Shown here: in pieces, positions 44,925 through 53,077 of the stretch
Position numbering within the stretch: position 1 is the stretch's first letter
Layout: every line of letters begins with the position of its first letter
Source of the DNA: Poseidonia sp.
Lineage (GTDB): Archaea; Thermoplasmatota; Poseidoniia; Poseidoniales; Poseidoniaceae
Direction of reading: 5' to 3'
DNA: 53,077 bases
NCBI GenBank assembly: GCA_030827745.1
Contig: JAURDW010000004.1
Coordinates: forward strand, 1-53,077
Notes under the pieces: model-generated
Database searches by the model: none
The model's input: the letters and a program-made list of their open reading frames with translations, nothing else
What the model was told of the DNA's origin: nothing
Made by a program: the position numbers and the translations under genes

Positions 44925-46573
44925 CCATGCGTTACGATGTTCTCAACCTTATTTTGGGCTGGACTCTCCTTGCCCTCACGGCCCCCCTTGTTCTCTGTTT
45001 TCTCATCTCGTGGAACCTCGATGGTTTCGAACTCGCCCTCCGAGCCTTTCTTCCAGCTGTGGTTATGAGTTTGGGATTGGGAGGCGTCATGTTGGCCTTT
45101 TTCACACGCACCAACTCGGCAGAGCGTTTGCGTGACTTGGAAGCCTTCGTCGGCGTGGGTCTGGTTTGGCCGGTGACGGTGTTTATTGGAGCCATGCCGT
45201 ACTGGTTTGGTGGAGTTTTTGTCGGGCCGTTTACCGATGGTGCTTACTTCATGGACATCGCTCGGGGTTTCGTCAATTCATGGTTTGAATCGATGTCCGG
45301 ATTCACGACCACAGGGGCCACGGTGATCTCGCATTCCATGAGTCCAAATTGTATTCCTGGAACTACACCCGACTGCATCTATGCCCAACCGAGAGGATTG
45401 CTGATTTGGCGTTCCCTTACGCAATGGTTTGGTGGCATGGGAATCATCATGCTCGGCATGATGATTTTGAGTCGCGTCATTGGTGGCGGTATGGCGCTGG
45501 CCCGAGCAGAACTCACCGGTCCTTCCCTCTCTCGCCTTCGCCCAAAGTTGAAACAAACTGCATTGGCTCTTTGGGGGCTTTACGTCGTTCTCACACTGAT
45601 GGAGTTTCTCCTTCTGTATTTGACCGGAGCCATGGACCTCTTTGATTCCATCAACCATGCGTTAACCACGATGCCGTCGGGCGGCTACTCAACCCGAGAC
45701 AACAGCATTGGCTACTACGATTCTGCCTTGGTTGAATCCATCATCGTGGTGTTTATGTTTTTGGCCGGAGTCAATTTTGCCCTGCTCTGGTTTGTGCGTG
45801 GAGGAGAATTTCGTCGGGCGTTTAAGGATGAAGAATTTCGCCTTTACCTCGCTTACATGATCATCGCAATTCTCGCTTTGAAAGTGGCCTTGTTCACCTC
45901 GGGGGTTGGCCTGACGACCGGAATTCGAGAGAGTGTTTTCCAGGCGGTCTCCTTCGGAACGTCCACCGGCTACACCTCAACGAATTACATGGACGAATCA
46001 TGGCCGTTGGTGGCTCACCTCATTCTTTTCATTCTCATGGTGGTTGGTGCCAGTGCGGGTTCAACCGCAGGTGGCCTCAAACTCTTGCGGGTGAACATCG
46101 CCTTCAAAATCGCCATGCGAGAACTCGCTCGCATCGCTCAGCCTCGTAGGGTTCAACAAATTCGGATGAACGGTGAGGTGGTTGAGGACAAACAACTTGG
46201 ATTGATCGTTGGTATGCTTTTCGTATGGGTGGGTTTGTTTTTCTTTTCCAGTGTCATCCTTGCTGTCTTCATGCCAAATGAGTCGTTTGAAAGCGTCACC
46301 ATGGTGGTGGCTTCTTCGCTTGGAAACACCGGACCAACACTCGGCGATTATGGTCCTGAAGAGACATGGGCGACGATGAACTCCGGAGCGTTGTTCATCA
46401 CGTCCATCCTGATGTGGTTCGGCCGACTTGAATTGCTCACGGCGATCATTTTACTCCACCCCCACAACTGGCGCCGGGAAGAAAAATCCGACGGTGAACG
46501 CCAAGGCATGGCTGTTGTCAAGCGGATGCTCGACCGAGAGGATGAGCAAAGCGGTCAAAACAAGGTCGTTTGA
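44921..46573 (+). CDS. trkH: Trk potassium uptake membrane subunit
   Basis: FESMSGFTTTGA, WRSLTQWFGGMG, SGGYS, STGY, GSTAGGLK, LGNTGP, GRLEL. Confidence 0.95.
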   Translation: MTMRYDVLNLILGWTLLALTAPLVLCFLISWNLDGFELALRAFLPAVVMSLGLGGVMLAFFTRTNSAERLRDLEAFVGVGLVWPVTVFIGAMPYWFGGVFVGPFTDGAYFMDIARGFVNSWFESMSGFTTTGATVISHSMSPNCIPGTTPDCIYAQPRGLLIWRSLTQWFGGMGIIMLGMMILSRVIGGGMALARAELTGPSLSRLRPKLKQTALALWGLYVVLTLMEFLLLYLTGAMDLFDSINHALTTMPSGGYSTRDNSIGYYDSALVESIIVVFMFLAGVNFALLWFVRGGEFRRAFKDEEFRLYLAYMIIAILALKVALFTSGVGLTTGIRESVFQAVSFGTSTGYTSTNYMDESWPLVAHLILFILMVVGASAGSTAGGLKLLRVNIAFKIAMRELARIAQPRRVQQIRMNGEVVEDKQLGLIVGMLFVWVGLFFFSSVILAVFMPNESFESVTMVVASSLGNTGPTLGDYGPEETWATMNSGALFITSILMWFGRLELLTAIILLHPHNWRREEKSDGERQGMAVVKRMLDREDEQSGQNKVV

Positions 46574-48105
46574 CCTGCGGGAGGCCCGTCCTCGCTTTCT
46601 TCCTTCGGCACCGCCGTTGACACCCCTTCGGGCTGAACCTCCTCGGGGAGGGTTTCTGCGACAACGTCCGTCGCTTTCGAATCGGCTTCATGGAGGAGCA
46701 GCGCAGCCTCGTACGCCGCCATCAACTCTTTTGAGGAGCGTCTTGACCTCGCCATGCCCGTGAGGGAGAGGTGCTCCTCTGCAGAGAGGCCCAGTCCGAT
46801 GGACGCCGTGAAATTCTCTGGGTCGCCCAAGGGCGAATCCGGTTGGAGCAGCGTAAGCAACGGTTGAAGAAAATCTGCTCGGGTAGACGCTTGGTTGGTT
46901 GAACAGAACTCCGAGAGTTTTCCAAGGACACTGGAACGGCTTACTGAGCCGCTTCTTCGGAGAAAATGGGGGTAATTGGGGTACAACTTTCCCTTGAGAG
47001 GAACTTTATTTGCCACGGAGGCAGAAAGAGCGGTGAGGTGTTGCGTCCAATAGGTGGAACGATGCGCTTGATTGATGAAGCGTCCCATGAAGTTCCGGTC
47101 AGCTTGCGCCAGCGAACGGCTTCCCCTTCGTATACTTGGTCCATCGGTGAACAAAGAAGCGTTGTTCCAGTGAACCCAGGCAAGAAAATCTTGCGGCTCC
47201 TTGTCAATCGTTCGGATCAAGGAAGAAGCATCGTTTGATGAGCGCATTCTATAGAGGTTCTCAAGACCCGGAAAAATCTCTACGGTGACGTCGCGTTGAC
47301 TGGCTTCAACGTGGCTCAAGACCGTTGCTTTCTGAAGGCTCTGGCCGTGAAGGCCAGCGGTCATGACCTGCAGGTCGCGCACCAAAGCTCGCAAGTCACC
47401 GTGGTTGGTGGAGGCCAAGGCGTCGACAGCGTCATCGTCAAATTCGATGTTTTCCTCTCGGAGGACTCGGCGTGCAATGCGCCGAAGCGCTTCTTCATTG
47501 GCCCGAACGAAGTTGATTTTGAGAACGTGCTTGCTGAATCGGTCCCTTGTGGTGCGCCACGATGAATTCCTCCCCCACAAGCCCATTTCGTCGTTGCAAG
47601 CCAGCACCACAGGTTGTTTCGTTTGCTCGAGCAGGCGCAGCAATTCGGCTTTTCCGCCGGAGTCGCCCGACAGGGTTGCATTCGGCCCTTCCTCTCCTGC
47701 CATAGCCCGTTGGATGCGGTCTTGGCTCACTTTCCGAAGCCCCCCGCTCAGATGGTCAACCTCGTCCAGCAAGACCAGCGTTCGGGAGGCTGGTGCGTTG
47801 GGGTCGTGGAACAACGAACGATGAATCGCCCCGCTGGTCGCTGCTTTTCGAATGGCAGCAGCGTTTCGGTCGTCGCTGGCGTTCAATTCAACGACATTCC
47901 AACCCATGTCTTCCGCAATCGCTCTCGCCACCGTGGTTTTTCCCACTCCAGGTGGGCCCACCAAGAGGATGGCTTTCTTCTTGGGCGCACCGTTCTGCCA
48001 CTCATCAAGCCAAGCCCGGATTTTTCTTCGTTGAACGTCGTTCCCTTCCAACAACTGTTCTGAGCGGGGGCGGTGCCGCTCGGTCCAATCGCTGGGTTGT
48101 TGCAT
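46555..48105 (-). CDS. rfcL: Replication factor C large subunit
   Basis: WTERHRP, GPPGVGKT, ELNASD, LLDEVD, GDLR; C-terminal PIP-box QTTLF; start 48105 lies 21 nt after GTTGAAGAAC. Confidence 0.93.
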   Translation of the reverse strand: MQQPSDWTERHRPRSEQLLEGNDVQRRKIRAWLDEWQNGAPKKKAILLVGPPGVGKTTVARAIAEDMGWNVVELNASDDRNAAAIRKAATSGAIHRSLFHDPNAPASRTLVLLDEVDHLSGGLRKVSQDRIQRAMAGEEGPNATLSGDSGGKAELLRLLEQTKQPVVLACNDEMGLWGRNSSWRTTRDRFSKHVLKINFVRANEEALRRIARRVLREENIEFDDDAVDALASTNHGDLRALVRDLQVMTAGLHGQSLQKATVLSHVEASQRDVTVEIFPGLENLYRMRSSNDASSLIRTIDKEPQDFLAWVHWNNASLFTDGPSIRRGSRSLAQADRNFMGRFINQAHRSTYWTQHLTALSASVANKVPLKGKLYPNYPHFLRRSGSVSRSSVLGKLSEFCSTNQASTRADFLQPLLTLLQPDSPLGDPENFTASIGLGLSAEEHLSLTGMARSRRSSKELMAAYEAALLLHEADSKATDVVAETLPEEVQPEGVSTAVPKEESEDGPPAGQTTLF

Positions 48106-48181
48106 CGTCAGCAAATCCGCTGGAGGGTTCTTCAACCTTCACCCAGGGTTGGCTTGGTTGAGCCGTTCATGGTCGGTTTCA

Positions 48182-49846
48182 TCAAAGGCTGTCCATGGGA
48201 ACGCGCACCTGTTCGCCAGTGTCACGCTCACGCAGCGTCACGGTGCCGTCTTGAAGCGTTTGATGATCGACCGTGATGCATTGAGGGACGCCGATTTCGT
48301 CGGCTCGGGCATAGCGTCGGCCGATGGACCCGCTCCCGTCGTACATCGATACCGTGCCGGGCCTTCCGCACAACCGCTGGTGAATCTTGGCGGCGGCATC
48401 GTCCATACCTTCTTTCTCAAAGAGCGGAAAAACAGCGATGTCTACCGGTGCAACCGCTGGTGCAAGTTGCATGACGGTGTACGCTTCTCCGTTCTTTTCT
48501 TGTTCGGCGTAGGCGTGATCAAGTACATGCCAAATGATGCGGTCAATACCAAATGCAGGCTCAACGACATGGGGGATGTACCATTCGCCTGTTTCCTTGA
48601 GGGTTCGTTGATTGGGTTTGACGTGCTCGGGCTCGATCACCACGGTCTCCCCGTTTTCGAGGGCGACAGTAGCGGGGAACGTCGTGGATTTTGGAAGCCC
48701 TTCGACGGTGGCCTTTACTTGCCCGGCCAGGGCCTTGAAGGCAGGTCCTGCGGTTGCACCGTCAATGGTCCAAGCGTCAACAAGGGTGGTGCGGGGTTCG
48801 TCAAACTCACGTCGAGCACGCAGGCTCTTCCCTGTGGCCTTTTCATGGCTCTCGAGGTCGTAACATCCTCGGTGAGCAATCCCGACGCACTCAATCCATC
48901 CAAAACTCCCTTCAATTTCGGCATCCCAGCAATCCATGGCATAGTGGGCCATCTCGTCGCTTTCATGCTGGCGGAATCGGACACGATTCATGTCAATGCC
49001 AACCTTCGCCAAAAAATCGTAGGTGATGCCCATGAATCGAGCGACGGTGGCATGGCGTATCACGCCTTGTTGACATGCAACCTCCAACGTCATTTCAACG
49101 GGTTTCTTACCATCTGGAACGAGGGCAAAGGAAACGGTGTCCCACGCAGAAAGGTCGTCATCTGCGGGTGATTCAGGGTCGATGAAATACTCCAATTCGG
49201 CCATGTTGAATTCCCGTAGGCGGATCATCCCCTGCCGAGGCGCAATTTCGTTTCTGTATCCTTTTCCTACCTGCATGGCGCCGAAGGGCAGGCGCTCTCG
49301 GAAATGACGGTAAAGAGCGTTGAACGACGTGAACATCCCCTGTGCTGTTTCGGGTCGAAGAAAACCCGGCCGGCCCGACGCTCCCGCCCCAATGGTGGTG
49401 TTGAACATCAAGTTCTGAGCCAGAATTTCGCTCCAGTCGGTCATTCCGCATGCTGGACAGGGCGGTTTTTCAGCCTCCAGCAGGCTTTGAAGTTCATCAC
49501 GTTTGAGCGCATCGGGATTGGGGTGATGGGCTTCAAGAAGCGAATCCGCCCGACTTGCCTCTTGACACGAGCCGCATTGTGTCATGAAATCGGAAAATTC
49601 GCCTACATGGCCACTCGCTTCCAATACGGCATAGGGCGTTACGGTCGGGCACGACAGTTCGACCACGTTTCCCAAACCAAGCCAATGGTCGATCCATGCT
49701 TGGTTGATTTTTGACCGCATGCGGCCCCCAACAGGGCCAAAATCATACAGTCCCTTCGAACCACCGTGGATTTCAAACGCCGGCAGCAGGAAACCCCGTC
49801 GCTTGAGCATGCCGTTTAGGCGTTCGAGTCGTTGTTCGTCCACCAC
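48182..49846 (-). CDS. glyS: Glycine--tRNA ligase (alpha2, archaeal/eukaryotic type)
   Basis: YDFGPVG, ASGHV, LRPETAQG, RNEIAPR, REFNMAELE, EPAFGIDR, GRRYARADEIG. Confidence 0.96.
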   Translation of the reverse strand: MVDEQRLERLNGMLKRRGFLLPAFEIHGGSKGLYDFGPVGGRMRSKINQAWIDHWLGLGNVVELSCPTVTPYAVLEASGHVGEFSDFMTQCGSCQEASRADSLLEAHHPNPDALKRDELQSLLEAEKPPCPACGMTDWSEILAQNLMFNTTIGAGASGRPGFLRPETAQGMFTSFNALYRHFRERLPFGAMQVGKGYRNEIAPRQGMIRLREFNMAELEYFIDPESPADDDLSAWDTVSFALVPDGKKPVEMTLEVACQQGVIRHATVARFMGITYDFLAKVGIDMNRVRFRQHESDEMAHYAMDCWDAEIEGSFGWIECVGIAHRGCYDLESHEKATGKSLRARREFDEPRTTLVDAWTIDGATAGPAFKALAGQVKATVEGLPKSTTFPATVALENGETVVIEPEHVKPNQRTLKETGEWYIPHVVEPAFGIDRIIWHVLDHAYAEQEKNGEAYTVMQLAPAVAPVDIAVFPLFEKEGMDDAAAKIHQRLCGRPGTVSMYDGSGSIGRRYARADEIGVPQCITVDHQTLQDGTVTLRERDTGEQVRVPMDSL

Positions 49847-49964
49847 CGTCGTCGCCTCTATACCTCGCTAGGATGAGGCCTCTAAGAACTTCACCGATTT
49901 TGCCGGTCTGAAGTTGTCCTTTGAAGAGACACATCATTAAATCACGGCGCAGCAAGTCCCCACC

Positions 49965-50279
49965 ATGGGGCAATCCATGGTCGCCATTGTCCAAGAAGAC
50001 TGCACTGGGTGCGACCTTTGCATCTATCACTGCCCATTTGAGGCGTTGCTTCCGTTGGCTGTGAATCCAATCGGGCGTAAACATGCAAAACGACCGGTGG
50101 TGGTTGAGGAGAATCGCTGTGTCGGCTGTCTTTCCTGCATTGGGTCCTGCCCGACCGATGCCCTCCATGAGGTCGCTGTACCTCCAATCACGTTGTCTTC
50201 CCCGCTTTTACAGACAAACGAACCGCAACAAACGGTTCCTGTTCTTCGTTGGAAAAAACGGGCCACGCGATGGGCATGA
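49965..50279 (+). CDS. 2x[4Fe-4S] ferredoxin
   Basis: CTGCDLCIYHCP and CVGCLSCIGSCP. Confidence 0.9.
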   Translation: MGQSMVAIVQEDCTGCDLCIYHCPFEALLPLAVNPIGRKHAKRPVVVEENRCVGCLSCIGSCPTDALHEVAVPPITLSSPLLQTNEPQQTVPVLRWKKRATRWA

Positions 50280-50352
50280 TGTTTTTCCTAAAAAGCGGAA
50301 TGCTTAATAAATCGGTATTCCGCCTCCGCTACATTAGGGCGTGACAAAAGCA

Positions 50353-53077
50353 ATGGCTAAGATTGAGTACTTGGATTCCCCCCTCGAATCCGAAGCTTTG
50401 TTTGAGCGATTGTGCCCTCCCGTGAGGCATTGGTTTCGCGATAAGTTTCCCGATTTTACGCGGCCGCAAAAACTCGCCATTCCCGCCATCATGGAGCAGA
50501 AACACCTGCTGCTCTGTTCTCCGACGGGCTCGGGGAAAACCCTCACGGCTTTTTTGAGCGTCATCGATCAACTGGTTCGCCTCGCTCTGGATAAAAAATT
50601 GGAAAAGAAGGTGTACGCTGTTTACATCTCGCCGATCAAAGCCCTCGCGAACGACATCCAGCGGAACCTCATCGGTCCGCTTGAAGAAATAAAAGCCGAT
50701 TATCTTCCCGACCGAGCACAAGAGATCCGCGTTGGCTTGCGAACGGGTGATACTTCGCAATCCGACCGACAAAAGATGTTACGAAACCCTCCGCACATTC
50801 TGATTACAACCCCTGAAAGTCTCGCCATCGCCATCACATCGCCCCGGTTTCAACCTATTGTAAGCGAGGTGGAGTACATGATTATCGACGAGTTGCACTC
50901 GATGGTCCCGACAAAGCGTGGCGTTCATTTATCGCTCACGCTTTCCTTGCTTGATTCGCTGTTGAAAAATCCCGTGCAACGCATCGGTATTTCTGCCACG
51001 ATGGAGCCCTTGGAAACGGTGGCCGAATACCTCGTCAGCAGCGATGACCGTGAGGCACGGGGGCAAAGCAGCAACGTATCCATCGCAAAAATATCCGGTT
51101 CAAGAGAACTTGACTTGGACATTCTCATCACTCATCCGAAATTCAGCGACCTACCGGTGCTGAAAATCCTTGAATACAACATCGAAGCGATTGCTGACCT
51201 CATCAGCGCACACACCACCACCTTGGTCTTCGCCAACACACGGAAAATGACCGAAACCATCGTCCAGAAACTCAGGCCGTTCCTCGGCGATTTGGTTGCT
51301 GGGCATCACGGTTCAATGGACAAAAACATCCGACTGGACGTGGAGAAGAAACTCAAGCACGGCCACCTGCGTGCTGTCGTGACCTCATCCTCCTTGGAAA
51401 TGGGGATTGACATCGGTTCGGTGGATTTGGTGCTTCAAGTTGGCAGCCCGGGAGACATCGCCACCGCCCTTCAGCGCATTGGCCGAGCCGGTCACCATGT
51501 CGGTGGTATCCCAAGGGCTCGGTTCTTACCGCAAAGTGTGGACGACCTCTTGGAATTGGCTGCCTTGCAAGCCGCCATACAAACCGGCGATATGGACCGG
51601 TTGGACTTCCCGCAAAACTGCCTGGACGTTGTCGCTCAATTCATCATCGGACTTGTCATCATCAACGAACTTGACATCGACGAAGCTTACGAAATCATCG
51701 TCAATTCATGGTCCTACCGAAACTTCGCCTATGACGATTTCATCGAGGTGTTGGACATGCTCGAAGAAGAGCGCCGTGTTTGGGTGGATTGGGAAGAAAA
51801 CATCTTTGGAAAGCGCGGCTATTCAAGAATGATTTACTACACAAATATCGGCACCATTGCGCCGGACAATTCCTACCTTGTGTTCAACGCAGAGGGCTCT
51901 ATTCTCGGTAAACTTTCAGGATCTTTCGTCTCCAATCTTCGAACCGGGGATGTCATTCTGCTCGGTGGGTCCACCTACAGGGTCACCAACATTCAGGGGA
52001 CCCGTGTGAACGTGACGAGCGTCACGGGTCACCGCCCCACCATTCCATCCTGGTCGGGAGAGGCAAGGAGCCGAAGCAGGGAACTGTCCCAAGCCCTTCA
52101 AGACTTGATTGGGCACTGCATGGTGTCCTTGCGACGGGAGGTCGACCCTCGGGTTCTTCTGCGTGATGTTTACGGTCTTTCAAACGAGGTCGCCAACGCC
52201 ATTGCACGTCACCTTGAGGAGCATTCACTCGATTCATTCCAGGTGCCCGACCCTCAACGAATCTTGGTCGAACAGGTCGTGAGCGGCTCCTTCCCAACCT
52301 ACATGATCACCACATGCCGTGGCCGGGGTTTCAACACCGCTCTTGGGTATTTCATGGCGGGTCTTGCGGAAGCGAACAGCATCAACGTCATCGAGATGTC
52401 GTTTGACGAAAACGGCCTGCTGCTCAAGACCTCCCAAGAGGTCGACCCGGCTTCCATGTACACGGCGTTCCGTGAAAACAACCACATCGATGTGATTGAG
52501 CGCTACATCATCAACACGCAGATTTTTGCGAAGCGTTTCCGTGAAGTTTCGGGTCGTTCACTCATCATCCCAAAGCGGATGGGGGCTGAGGAAATCAGCC
52601 CACAACAATTCCAACAGCGAGCCGAAGCCCTGCTGCAGAAACATCGAAGCATGGATGGCAGCCTGCTGATGAGGGAAGCGAAAAATGAGATTCTGTTCGG
52701 CGACATTGACCTTATCGGTCTCGAGCAATTCCTTGAGGCCTGCAGTTCGGGTGCTGCGCGCATTGTTCACACCAAAGTGGTCGTTCCATCAAGACTGGGC
52801 ATGTCCCTGTTCATGTCGGCCTTTGAAGACCTGATGTCGATGAAAACTCGGGCCTTTTTGGTCAAGGACATCGACCCTTCAATTCTCCAGCGTCTTCTGG
52901 GAACGCGGTCGCTTGCCACGGAACTTTCCTCCGAACAACTGACGTCGTACTACCTTGGAAAAGCCCCCGTTCCAACCAACGCACGAGAACTCCATCGGTT
53001 GATGAGTCACGGGGGCGGTTTGGACCGTCAATTCAACAATCCGTTGTACCGGGAGAAATTGAATGAGGTCCCTCTTG
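50353..53077 (+). CDS. lhr: Lhr-family SF2 ATP-dependent helicase (runs off the window)
   Basis: Manual translation: FTRPQ, SPTGSGKT, ISPIKALAND, RTGDT, ITTPES, IIDELH, SAT, HHGS, SSLEMGIDIG, QRIGRAGH, W.GE; open for more than 908 codons. Confidence 0.93.
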   Translation, partial: MAKIEYLDSPLESEALFERLCPPVRHWFRDKFPDFTRPQKLAIPAIMEQKHLLLCSPTGSGKTLTAFLSVIDQLVRLALDKKLEKKVYAVYISPIKALANDIQRNLIGPLEEIKADYLPDRAQEIRVGLRTGDTSQSDRQKMLRNPPHILITTPESLAIAITSPRFQPIVSEVEYMIIDELHSMVPTKRGVHLSLTLSLLDSLLKNPVQRIGISATMEPLETVAEYLVSSDDREARGQSSNVSIAKISGSRELDLDILITHPKFSDLPVLKILEYNIEAIADLISAHTTTLVFANTRKMTETIVQKLRPFLGDLVAGHHGSMDKNIRLDVEKKLKHGHLRAVVTSSSLEMGIDIGSVDLVLQVGSPGDIATALQRIGRAGHHVGGIPRARFLPQSVDDLLELAALQAAIQTGDMDRLDFPQNCLDVVAQFIIGLVIINELDIDEAYEIIVNSWSYRNFAYDDFIEVLDMLEEERRVWVDWEENIFGKRGYSRMIYYTNIGTIAPDNSYLVFNAEGSILGKLSGSFVSNLRTGDVILLGGSTYRVTNIQGTRVNVTSVTGHRPTIPSWSGEARSRSRELSQALQDLIGHCMVSLRREVDPRVLLRDVYGLSNEVANAIARHLEEHSLDSFQVPDPQRILVEQVVSGSFPTYMITTCRGRGFNTALGYFMAGLAEANSINVIEMSFDENGLLLKTSQEVDPASMYTAFRENNHIDVIERYIINTQIFAKRFREVSGRSLIIPKRMGAEEISPQQFQQRAEALLQKHRSMDGSLLMREAKNEILFGDIDLIGLEQFLEACSSGAARIVHTKVVVPSRLGMSLFMSAFEDLMSMKTRAFLVKDIDPSILQRLLGTRSLATELSSEQLTSYYLGKAPVPTNARELHRLMSHGGGLDRQFNNPLYREKLNEVPL

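Noticed and set aside
21494-46573. Short 3'-3' overlaps of convergent genes (21494-21504, 32877-32890, 37950-37956, 46555-46573)
   Set aside because: An ordinary consequence of compact genome packing.

Overview
Gene-dense archaeal chromosomal segment of roughly 55-60% GC. Gene content points to Marine Group II Euryarchaeota (Ca. Poseidoniales); this is an inference. The markers are aIF5A, Cbf5, TrmY, SRP54, RFC-L, archaeal-type ProRS/GlyRS, a GPN GTPase, an archaeosortase and large secreted proteins. The window holds about 48 CDS, two of them truncated by the edges (argF and Lhr) and so missing from the ORF track, plus two tRNAs (His-GTG, Gln-TTG). I saw no CRISPR array, rRNA, integrase or transposase. 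Most of it is housekeeping. Top candidate for novelty: the 895-aa cytoplasmic protein at 1718..4405. By eye its core aligns segment by segment with the mu-homology domain (MHD) of eukaryotic adaptor/COPI medium subunits. It also has a Pro/DPL-repeat N-terminus, extra Ig-like domains, an EF-hand and a zinc ribbon, and it is divergent from a GPN GTPase. Other highlights: a Get3d-like ATPase (alpha-crystallin tail, no CxxC) directly upstream of SRP54; an unannotated 21-codon ORF with SD and promoter-like signals; an archaeosortase with candidate substrates; a low-GC membrane-protein cassette; and a degenerate TATA element about 21 nt before apparently leaderless starts. All homology calls come from motif recognition, not database searches.
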